A stretch of 63,987 nt of DNA, counting the filler, from Trichomonas gallinae (lineage: Eukaryota), in assembly GCA_008369845.1 (NCBI GenBank). It is 4 parts of 4 records of this genome, joined end to end, with 100 filler letters (N's around TTAATTAATTAA, not from the genome) between each part and the next. Parts side by side here need not be neighbours in the genome. Positions count along the whole stretch, not along the records: positions 1 to 17,520 come from MRSU01000484.1; 3 more parts are not named here. One strand, written 5' to 3'. Positions 1 to 10,382 of the stretch are shown here, piece by piece. The notes under the pieces are model-generated. The model did no database searches and was not told where the DNA came from. It worked only from the letters and a program-made list of their open reading frames with translations. Made by a program: the position numbers and the translations under genes. Numbering within the stretch: position 1 is the first letter of the stretch; each line of letters starts with the position of its first letter.

Positions 1-25
1 GTCATGCCACTTTGCACCCCTCTAG

Positions 26-77
26 ATTGAATAGATCCCCGAAAACCCAGCTGATCCCCGAAAAGCGGATGACGGTA
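26..77 (-). mobile_element. Terminal inverted repeat end of a Tc1/mariner-superfamily-like DNA transposon or MITE (copy 1)
   Basis: 52 bp identical to 17648-17699. Minus strand reads TA|CCGTCATCCGCTTTTCGGGGATCAGCTGGGTTTTCGGGGATC, i.e. a TA target followed by a GC-rich end with two internal TTTTCGGGGATC direct repeats. Identity stops right after the TA. Confidence 0.65.
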
Positions 78-610
78 TAATGTTCATTCTCAGACTGTTT
101 TCAAATCATTCACTTCCAAATAAACGTATGAAAATAATCAACTTTTGAATTCAATTGAAAATAATAATAACCATGATGATGTTCATACAAATGTATTTGA
201 CATCATGCTGTCACGCCCGTATGTAAACGAAAATATTTTACTTTTGAATTGAAAATATTTCATTCGATTTTCGTGCCGAACATAATAATCGAAGCTCTTG
301 GTTAAAGAACACATATAATCATACAGCCGAAAGCAGAAATAATGCGTTTTTATTCCATCAACAAAATTTGGCTGATTATTTACATGAAATTACATCAGCT
401 TATCCAATAATGGATTGTCATTGTTCCTTTCATCTTATTGTTTCATTACATCGTTGATTTACTATTATACGGGTTTACATTTTGTAAATATAAGAATCTG
501 AATGAGTGGAATTTTCCCACACAATATATATTCAGCATATAACACAGCGGAAACAATATAACAATATTTTACACAGGTTTACTTAAACATTCAAATTAAT
601 TTCAAAATTA

Positions 611-2203
611 CTAAGCGAAAGGATCAGTTGTGAAATGTGAATCATATAGTTCCATTGTTCTGCAGAACCGCTCAGGATCAGGACACCACGCATATCTATC
701 TCCATCCGAAAAAATTGACGCTTCGATTAATTCCCCAACATTATCTTTAGTGCATGTGATGTTTTTAATTTTGTTGTTATTTGTATAAACGAGAGAATAA
801 TTGAAGCTTTTATAACCGTGGCATTTGTATGCTCCGCAGTATTGACCTTTGTTAAATCTCCAATTGGTTGGAATCATAGCTTTGCCCTTTTCACATATTT
901 CTCCTACGGAAACAATTGGCGCATAATCAAGGACTTGGTCATTAATAATTCCCCAATTCTTAGGGTCGTAAAAAGCTTTCGCTTTGCAATATTGTGTTTG
1001 ACTTTGATCTCCTAGACAATCAATAATTTTTGGAGTCGTATCATCATTTGAATAGATTCCATAATATTTGTAATCAAAGCCTGTGAAAGATTGAAAATAA
1101 TTTGTGAAATTTCCTATATAATCCGGAGGAAAGACTTCCTCTGGAGGACCAATTGCGAAGTCTTTGATGAACTTTCCATTAATTGCTTTTGGATTTCCCC
1201 ATAAAAGTGGCTGCGCCATCTTATAGTCACATTTGTAGTTTCCTGTATCTTCAAGAACGGCCAATGTTGCATCAGTTAATCTGTAGAATGGCCCAGTGTT
1301 GTAAATACCCAAATAGTTCGGTGCAATCATCATGTCTGTCATAAATGTTCTGCTTTCAAGATGACTTTCGAATCCAGGAGCGTCTTCAAATTCAATGCCT
1401 GAATTACAAATTCCATTATCACCTGTGAACTTTTCGACGCCATAATGTTTAAGGGCAAATATGTGTGCTTTTGGTGTTATGAGGAATGTGAAGTCTCTGT
1501 TATACTTCTTAAATTTGCATGTGACTTTAGAATGAGGTGAGTTGTTATTATGAGGGTGATAATACTGGAATAATGGAGATGTTATGCCTAAAATATGGAA
1601 CATTTGATGCAATATTGCATAAAAGAATCTGTTTTCATTGGAATTTTCGTTCTGCACATCATAGGGAATTTCAAGTTGATTCAATATGAGAACTCCAGTT
1701 AATGGACGCTTGTACTTCTTATCTATTGATGTTGGAAGTCCAGCTGCGACTGCATCAACGTATATTTCAGGTCTCGCGAGAATTGTGACGTGTAAATCGA
1801 CTCCATAAGCTGATTCATCAACGAAAGAAGTTTCATTACTGTAATTTACAATTGGAAATGCCTGATCTACTGGTATTACTTTTACAAATCGCTCAACAAA
1901 TGATTTTACATTGCGAAGTGTACCTAATGCCGCTACTCTTTTTTCCGGTGCAAATACATCTTCGACCTGACAAGTGTATTCCTGGCCGTTGATAGTAATA
2001 ATTTCATTTTTATATCTGCACAAATGTCTGTCTGGTGATGATTCAAAAAAGTATCGATAATCAAACTTAATTCTGATATTGTTCCAACTATTTACGATGT
2101 CTCCTCCTTCTCGATAGGCTTTCGACCATATTAGTGTGTTATTGGCTATAAATGTATCATGCGAGCATAGTTTAACAAGCAAAAGCGAGATAACAAAAAT
2201 CAT
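611..2203 (-). CDS. GP63: GP63/leishmanolysin-like (peptidase M8) protein, predicted catalytically inactive (HQMFH)
   Basis: 530 aa ORF with signal peptide (MIFVISLLLVKLCSHD), RPLTGVLILN, HQMFHILG in place of HExxH, SHLE third Zn ligand, Met-turn DMMIA, T-LAVLEDTGNY and a Cys-rich C-terminus ending CPDPERFCRT. No TM segment. Confidence 0.9.
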   Translation of the reverse strand: MIFVISLLLVKLCSHDTFIANNTLIWSKAYREGGDIVNSWNNIRIKFDYRYFFESSPDRHLCRYKNEIITINGQEYTCQVEDVFAPEKRVAALGTLRNVKSFVERFVKVIPVDQAFPIVNYSNETSFVDESAYGVDLHVTILARPEIYVDAVAAGLPTSIDKKYKRPLTGVLILNQLEIPYDVQNENSNENRFFYAILHQMFHILGITSPLFQYYHPHNNNSPHSKVTCKFKKYNRDFTFLITPKAHIFALKHYGVEKFTGDNGICNSGIEFEDAPGFESHLESRTFMTDMMIAPNYLGIYNTGPFYRLTDATLAVLEDTGNYKCDYKMAQPLLWGNPKAINGKFIKDFAIGPPEEVFPPDYIGNFTNYFQSFTGFDYKYYGIYSNDDTTPKIIDCLGDQSQTQYCKAKAFYDPKNWGIINDQVLDYAPIVSVGEICEKGKAMIPTNWRFNKGQYCGAYKCHGYKSFNYSLVYTNNNKIKNITCTKDNVGELIEASIFSDGDRYAWCPDPERFCRTMELYDSHFTTDPFA

Positions 2204-3141
2204 TATAAAATTTAATTTTCTTTATCAACTTTCTATCAAATGATTTTGCAAAAATTATACATTTCCTTATAATTGCTATTATATGTGAATCAGTAAAAAT
2301 ACTTTTACGATTATCATTTTTCTTTACATACGATTATTTCCAATTCAAAATATGTCGGTTTTTTTGCTAAACCCATTTGACAAATTTTAAAATCACTTTA
2401 ATGAATGAGTGAATAAAAACTAACCAAAAATATAATTTCTATAGAAGAAAAATAAATTAAATATTCTTATATTATTTGAGGAAACAAACAATTCCCAAAA
2501 ACTGTAAAATTTTGTATCAAATTTCAATCAGTAATAAATTTATTTCTTTGATATTGATCTATCACAATATACAGATTATATCTAGACAAATATTCGGTTT
2601 ATCAATTATTATGGAAAAATGCCAAAAAATGCAGCTGCAAAAATTCCTTTCAAAGCATGGAAATCAACTGCTTTGTTACTAGTACATAACATTATTTTGT
2701 TTTTGATGCTTATAACAAAATATTGGGATCAATTTAATGTGTCATATTCGTTACAGTGTGTGAACTAATAAGATTATTCAGTGTAGATGAATATAACTGC
2801 GACTCATTCATTTTGGTGTCAAATTGAAAAAATAATATTTAATTATTTAGCAATATTGGATTAAATTACACGAAAAACTAATATATACAATCTATACATT
2901 AATATTTTAAGGTGAGTACATTAAGTTTTCTTTTTTATAATTTGAAAAATCAGTTGATAAAAAACTCGAATTTATTTCATACAAATAATGTAATATACCT
3001 TTTGACTAGGTACTAAATACTTATAATATATTCAGTGCTTATCCTAATAGAATAGAATTAACTACTCTAATGATCTCATCATGTTTATTGAAAAATAAAA
3101 ATTTGCAAAGATTTTACAGTTGAATATATAATGATTTAGTT

Positions 3142-4734
3142 TCAAACATATTGTGATAATGGATCTTCAGTGAATGTTTTATCATACAATTCCATTGTTC
3201 TGCAGAAACGTTCTGGATCAGGGCACCAGAAATTTACGCCTTGAGAATCTCCGGGTGTTATAATTGATCTAGTTATTCTTGTGTCAATATTGCTTTTATT
3301 GCATTGAATCTCTTCCTTTTTATTTAATTCGTAATCAATTGTGAGTTCATATTTAAAGCTTTTATAGCCATCGCATTTATATTCGGCACATTTTACAAGG
3401 TCATTGTATTGATAATCGTTAGGGAGCATTGCTTGTCCTTTTCCACAAGTGATAATTGGAGGAGGTTGTATCATGTAGTCGTTAATTTGATCATCAAAAA
3501 ATTGTGTCGAATTCTTTGGATTGTAAAATTGTTGTGCTTTGCAGAATTGTGTATCTTTTTGTGCACCGTTGCAGTCAAAAGCTGTTGCTTTTAATACACC
3601 ATGGTGCTTGAAGTCAAATGCTGTTGATGGTTCACCCTGTTCTTTAGTAAGGGTTAAATAATATTTGGGGAATGTTGTCTGTGGAGGACCAATTGCGAAG
3701 TTTTCGATTGGTTTTCCTTCGTTTAGAAGAGGATTTCCCCATAATAATGGTTGCGCCATTTTATAGTCACATTTGTAGTTTCCTGTATCTTGCAGAATGG
3801 CCATTGTTGCATCAGTTAATCTGTAGAATGAAAATTGTTCTCCGACATCCAGGTAATTTCCTGCTGTCATTACCTCAGTGTAAAATGTGCGGCTTTCAAG
3901 ATGACTTCCTTGTCCTGGTGCATCTTCGAATTCTATACCAGCTCTACAGTTTGAATTACCATCTCCCTTGAATGTGTCAACACCATAATGCTTCTTGGCG
4001 AAAATATATGAATTTGGCGCTGTAAGGAAATGGAAGTCTCTGCCGTTTTTCTTCAATCTGGCTTGGAGAAATTGGTGACCTCCATTAGATCCTACTGGAT
4101 GAAAATGTTCGATAAGTGAAGTACTAAATCCTAGAACGTGGATCATCTGGTGCAGCAAAGCATAAAAGTATCTATTTCTGTTTGTTTTCTCGCTTTGAGC
4201 TCCAGGGGGAATTTGACTTGGATTCAAAATGATTACTCCTGTTAAAGGACGTTTGTACGTCGAGTCTACTGAAGTTGGAATACCAGCTGCTACTGCATTG
4301 ATATAAGATACAGGTCTTGTGAGTATTGTGATGTGCAAATCACTGCCATAAGCGAACTCATCAACAAATGAAGTTTCATTAGTGTAATTTTGAATCTGAA
4401 TTGGGGCAATAACGGGATTTACTTTTATAAATCTTTCGACAAATGATTTTACATTGAGAAGTGTTTCAATTGCAGCAACTCTTTTAAATGAAGATAAAAC
4501 ATCTTCTTCACCGCAAGTGAATTCTTTATTATTGAATTGTAATTTTTGTCCCTTATATCTACATGTATATTTATCTGTCGATGATTCATAAAAAAATCGA
4601 AAGTCAAGTAAAATTCGGATATTGTTCCATTGGCTTATATCAACAGCCTTGTCTACAAACTTTATAGTGTCGTTCGTCATGAATTCATCATGCGCGCATA
4701 GTTTTATCTGCAAAAGGCTAAAAACGAAGAACAT
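3142..4734 (-). CDS. GP63: GP63/leishmanolysin-like (peptidase M8) protein, tandem paralogue, predicted inactive (HQMIH)
   Basis: 530 aa, colinear with 611-2203 (shared NETSFVDE, GIEFEDAPG, SHLESRTF, FYRLTDAT, KCDYKMAQPLLWGNP, WCPDPERFCRTMELYD). Zinc motif reads HQMIHVLG. Confidence 0.9.
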   Translation of the reverse strand: MFFVFSLLQIKLCAHDEFMTNDTIKFVDKAVDISQWNNIRILLDFRFFYESSTDKYTCRYKGQKLQFNNKEFTCGEEDVLSSFKRVAAIETLLNVKSFVERFIKVNPVIAPIQIQNYTNETSFVDEFAYGSDLHITILTRPVSYINAVAAGIPTSVDSTYKRPLTGVIILNPSQIPPGAQSEKTNRNRYFYALLHQMIHVLGFSTSLIEHFHPVGSNGGHQFLQARLKKNGRDFHFLTAPNSYIFAKKHYGVDTFKGDGNSNCRAGIEFEDAPGQGSHLESRTFYTEVMTAGNYLDVGEQFSFYRLTDATMAILQDTGNYKCDYKMAQPLLWGNPLLNEGKPIENFAIGPPQTTFPKYYLTLTKEQGEPSTAFDFKHHGVLKATAFDCNGAQKDTQFCKAQQFYNPKNSTQFFDDQINDYMIQPPPIITCGKGQAMLPNDYQYNDLVKCAEYKCDGYKSFKYELTIDYELNKKEEIQCNKSNIDTRITRSIITPGDSQGVNFWCPDPERFCRTMELYDKTFTEDPLSQYV

Positions 4735-6059
4735 TTATTTTCTGTCAAATTTACGCAATAAGGTTAATATTCGTCAGAAGGAATAAACAGAATTAATGAT
4801 AATTTCAATCTTTTTGTCATTAATTAAAATTAAATAAAACGGTTACAATATATTGAAAAAGACTTTAATTATTTTAATATATAATATAATCATTCTTTAT
4901 CCGATCTTCAATTTTACATTTTTAAATCAACTATTGAAAACGATTTCAATCTATTAAATTTAGTGACTCTTCATGTAATGTTGGATTTTGAAGTATAATC
5001 ATCATTCAAAAATGTCAGAAAATCTACATTGAAAAAGATTTTAACTATTTTTAATATAAATAAATATTCTCAAGATAATCTTGGATTTTGTACTATAAAA
5101 TAATATTAAAATTGAATCGGGAATTTTTTTTGGATTTAATCTACTTTCTAACGAGTTCCATTGATAACATATGCCGATCAATGCATTTTATGCAAATATC
5201 TTAAATATTGCATTAAAATAAGTCGCAAAAATAATAAAATCACCGATGATGAAATATTTATAACTCTTTTATACAAAAATCTTGTAATTATATTATATAT
5301 TGACAATGGTGAGTCCAATTCATCAATATTCAGTCGATTATTTGCAGATTTCAAGAATTGATAATGTATTGAGGAAATTTATTGCTCAAAAATACCGTGT
5401 ATGGCTGTGCCATTGTATGGATAGTATATAACTTGAATTATAAACTTGAGAAAAAGTAAAAATCAATAATTTTAAGAAAATAAGATGAAAACAATCATGC
5501 TTTACTAAGCTTTGAATATAATTTTACATCCCATTCAATTTAATGCATATTATATTGAATAGTTTACATATTAACTCTGATAAATCTTTTTTTTCCTTCA
5601 CTATTCACTCAATAAATTGTCCTATAGTTGTCCCTATTTAAAGGAATTCGTGTTTCATTGACACTACCCTTTCTATTATATAAGTTTAACTATACAATAG
5701 TGAAAATGAATTTAAAAATTTGAAAAATAATTATTTTTAGTGGACAACATGTCACAAATATCACTCCATTTGTGACACAGAAAAAGATTCTAAGGTCAAA
5801 AGTAGTAAAAAGTCTCTATGTAAAATTAAATTTCCAGATTTGCTTTGCACGAAAGTAATGCGATATTCGGGATTACTATAGGGATAGAATGCCGTATATA
5901 GTGTTAAAACACATAGTAAGGCTTTGCATATAAATGAATTATAAACGTCCCTTGTTTGGGGCTTGGATTAAGAAAAAAGGGTTTTATGTGGTCCGATGAG
6001 AAAATCGATTTTATGAAAGAAAAACCAATTAAATATCTCGAATAAGTATAAACTTCAAT

Positions 6060-6485
6060 TTAGTAAGCGGAAGCAATGCACTTGGCCTTCATTTCAGACT
6101 CCTGGATATCGGAATCATCGTTAGCCTGGAGCTCCATGGAGATGCCGGAGAGAGCAGCCTTGAGACCAGCCTTTGTGCCTGTGACAACCATCTTCCTGCG
6201 TGGGGAAGCAGCGTCTGGGCCCCAAACAACGAAAACGAGTTTGTTACGATCAGAGCCATCATCAGCCTTGAAATCGTAGTCGTAAACAGCATAGCGAACG
6301 TCCTTTGGTGGAAGGTCATCAAGGAAGTCATCATAGGTAGCGTTGCGATCAGCCTTCTTAGAAACGATAACTTTCTTAAGATCCTTAGAGAAGTCGAAGA
6401 TGATATAGCGGTAGAGGTGCTTGATCTTGATTTCTTCCCAAGCCTGAATGCAGCTGTCGTCAATGGCGATACCTGTGATGGACAT
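6060..6485 (-). CDS. ADF: Cofilin / actin-depolymerising factor
   Basis: MSITGIAIDDSC...YRYIIFDF...YDDFLDDLPPKDVRYAVYDYDF...RNKLVFVVWGPDAASPRRKM...ELQAND is a classic ADF-H domain. Start reassigned to the ATG at 6485 because an Inr (TCACTT) lies just upstream. C-ending codon bias suggests high expression. Confidence 0.95.
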   Translation of the reverse strand: MSITGIAIDDSCIQAWEEIKIKHLYRYIIFDFSKDLKKVIVSKKADRNATYDDFLDDLPPKDVRYAVYDYDFKADDGSDRNKLVFVVWGPDAASPRRKMVVTGTKAGLKAALSGISMELQANDDSDIQESEMKAKCIASAY

Positions 6486-6489
6486 TATA

Positions 6490-6495
6490 AAGTGA
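6490..6495 (-). promoter_or_regulatory. Initiator (Inr) element TCACTT of the cofilin gene
   Basis: Minus strand reads CACTTCACTTTATAATG, a trichomonad-type TCAY Inr 4 nt upstream of the ATG. Confidence 0.7.
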
Positions 6496-9400
6496 AGTGG
6501 ACAAGCTGACCTGGCTTTCTTCACAAAGAATAATCGTCGCATCTTTCGAAATAAACGCATATATAGATTGCTTATATAGTACGTATACTATTTCCACCAA
6601 GAAAAATGATATGGACGTTTCCAAGTTTGCAAAAAATAAGAAATCCTGAGAAATCTGAAAAGTGAAGTGATAATGTATCTCTGTATAGTAATTTTATGAT
6701 TGCACACGAAAAGAGCTTGGAAAAATATTTTTGACATCGTTTTGATTTTTGTGAAGTTATCGATTATTTAGACTAGAAATTATTTTGTTTAGTCTTTAAT
6801 ATATGTTAATATATCTTTCAACAAATAAAATTTATTAATCTCTAAAAGTGCCAAAAAATATAAACCGACACATAAAAGCAATAAAAACATAATCGATAAA
6901 TTATTCGATGTTGAGAATTTTTCATGGCAATTTTATGTCATGTAATGTTAACCGAAATATTCAAAAATCGGCCTATGACACGTAAAAACGATTAATCACA
7001 ATTTCTGACATGTAAAGTTAATGTGTTAATTCCAAAATCTCGTTTTTCTACGTATATTTTCATTGAAATACAGGCCATCTTTCATCCTACTTGCATGTAT
7101 ATGTCATATGCACCCTACCTATCGTCGTATTTCATATACTATGCATAATATTTCGATTTCAAATTTTATATCTTTGATATTTCTCAGCCTTATTGAATAT
7201 ATGCATAATATAAAACATGTATATATTAGTATGTGATCACATTCAGTCAATATTGATGTATTTTTACTGGTCATAGCCATGTAGTAATATTATTGCGTTA
7301 TAACCTATTAATTGTCTGTCTTCTATCCCAAATATAATATATTTAGACAACAAATTATGAGATGTAGAAATAAAATATATATTCTGGTTAAACTATGAGC
7401 CACATGATCATTTAAAGTATCACGGACAAACCCATTACTGTATCTAACGATTTTATGCATGTAATTTCTCCGTATCTTTAATCCAATGTCCCATGTCCAG
7501 AACATTGTATTTTCTCACCTGTTATTAGATACATATACCTGATGTGAATTTAAAGGACTTCAGATGCGGTTTTTCAATCAGGATAATAATTTATTTTAGG
7601 GAAAATATGGAGAATATGGCCTATTTTACACGAAATGTGAATTCTACACAACAAATACTATTCTAATGATATATATTTCAGATATTTTAGTCCAGATTGA
7701 TGATAATGAGCTTTCTACAGTAGCAATAAATATTCTTTGAATGTAACATCAATACTATTTACATATCATATTTAGATTTAAAAATACCATAAGTAAGAAA
7801 GAGATATTAACATTTATAGTTGAAACTTCAATCTTCATGAAAAATGCCTTTAAAGTAATAGAGTATACTTTTTAATATTATATATTAATGTGTGTAAAGT
7901 ATAATGGTGGTTCGATTCATATTTGGGATATTGAGCCTTATTAATTCAAAATTATTTGTTAATTCACATATGGATAAGTGCAAAAATTATGTTTCGCACA
8001 GTTGCATATATCATCAATTAAAGCATATTCGAAGAAAGATGATGAAACTTCGACGTTGCCGATAAATTTGACTCATATCAATATATACACCCTCATGTAT
8101 CTATAGGTATGATATCTAAGCACTAACACAGTAGGAAATTGTAGAGAGAAAAATCCCAATATAATTTTTCATAAATTAAAAATTGAATTTCATAAATTAA
8201 AATTTAAATTTTAGAATTTTTGGCGATTTTTAAGAATTTTTCAGAATAATAAATCATTTATATGATATTATATTATTCACTGTCCTTATTTATCAAATAA
8301 AATTTGGATTTACTATAGTAGTTATTGAGAAGCACTCATTCCAAAATTGAATACATGTAAACATTTAAACGTCTTTTTACATGTCAAATTCACAAAAGGT
8401 GCAAGTTTTTCCTATCCATGTGAGCTATTTTATAAAATGTAGTTGCCAACATTTATGTTACAGTATTTATCATGCATACGCTTCAATTAAATAACATGTT
8501 CTAAATATAAAATTTTATTGAATTAATTTAATTTCAAAATTTCGAGTGCTTCTGTAGATAGTTTACATCTTTGTATATTATTGAATGGATTTATTGCTAT
8601 TATGCGTGTATATTTATAGAAATCGATGAACTTATATATGTTTCATAATGATCCTACTGTGTAAGAGCTCAGATTTTTTAGATATAGAATCATATTTTTA
8701 TATTAAATATGGAACAAATGAGACGCATTAAAGTTTTCGGGCACGTATTATGAAAGAAAATTTTTGATTTTAACAAGTATTTTTAACTTAATAATACAAT
8801 AATTTGCGCAATCGTATAATGCATGGCAAATAAATTTTGAGTTTTAAACGACTTTGGTTTTGATTTGAAATTATTTTATGTTTAAAATGCAATAAAATAG
8901 CTGGAACTGGTTTCCAATCATGCTTCACATATAGATATTTGCATGTAGTGAATTCTCATGATGATAAATCTAAGCATGGATTAATTTGTCCGTATCACAT
9001 TTGCCCGAATAAATAAGGTTAAGAGTTTCATCACCTGTATTCGAACTCATTTAATCGTTATTGTTAGTCATATATATAGAAAAAAAGTAGCTTATTTGGC
9101 TATGAAACATATGATTTTAATGTGATAAATAATGTAATAGCATTTTTTATATTCGAAAAAATAATTTTTTGTTACTTTTAACTGTAAGTAGCTAAAGAAA
9201 TTATACACATCAACCAAAGAATCATTGAGTACATATATCTAGCCTCGTAATTAAATATAATAATAAGAAATTATTAATAAACACACCAAATAGTAAAACG
9301 AGTCACAGCCATGAATGGGATATCATGTGCTTTGAGTAATTTAATACCGATTAAAAAGAAACGGGCATCTGATTATGCAGTGATATCTGTAACTTGTATA

Positions 9401-10382
9401 GTTTATTCTGGTTCGGCGATGTTCATGTTAATGTATCACATAGAATCTCAAGGATAGTCATTTTCGATGTTTTCATTGATATTCATGCAATTCATATATA
9501 AAAATGCTATATTTAGAGCGAGTCTTTTAAATTCTTCTGCGGAACATGCTATTTATACGAAAAATCGACAAAGAACAGCCATAGTTTTCTGTCTTTATGA
9601 TTAACTTGTCATTGATGATATCCAGATGAAAAATAATAATTAAAAATTATTTTAATATATGCAGAGCATCTCGAACGGCATCGAATAATGAAAAGACTGA
9701 CAGACGTTCGTAAATATTTGACATAAAATATGATAATTTTCAGGTAGATATTATGATAACAATGACTATTGACTTAAAAATCCATATTTTATGTTTTAAA
9801 AAACAATCGACGAACTTTTTAATGTTTGATAACTATATTAGCACTTTTCGATGATTAAATGTCATTTTTTTTGCGGTTACAATCAAATAAATTAAAAATA
9901 ATTCCAGAATGACAATACATATTAAAAACACAAGCATTTTTAAAATTAAATTATTTTGTATTTATTTTTATCGCAATTTTTTACACTTTTATTTGATACA
10001 AAAAATATTATAATCCAAAATGATCTTAATAATGTATTGCATAATTTTATCAACTTTATAAAAAAAACTGAAATGTTTGATAGTTATCAAAGTTTTTTCT
10101 AACATCATGAACATAAGCAATACTCGTATAATATCATTTTGGGTGTAAAATTTTAATTTCAGCAAAAATGTATGGTAATGTTATATAAATGTTATTATAT
10201 AAAATAACTGAAATGTTTGATAGTTTGTCAGAAAAATTTTATTAAATTGAATCAGCCGTCTCAAAATTGACATAAATATTTTTTATTTTAATTTTAATTT
10301 AAAATAAACATTGAAATCATCTATAGAATAATGTAATATATTATTTTTCATTTTGTTTGAAAATAACCATTAATTTTTGCAA

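Noticed and set aside
6486..6560. 25-aa N-terminal extension of cofilin in the ORF track
   Set aside because: An Inr sits immediately before ATG 6485 and ADF homology begins there.
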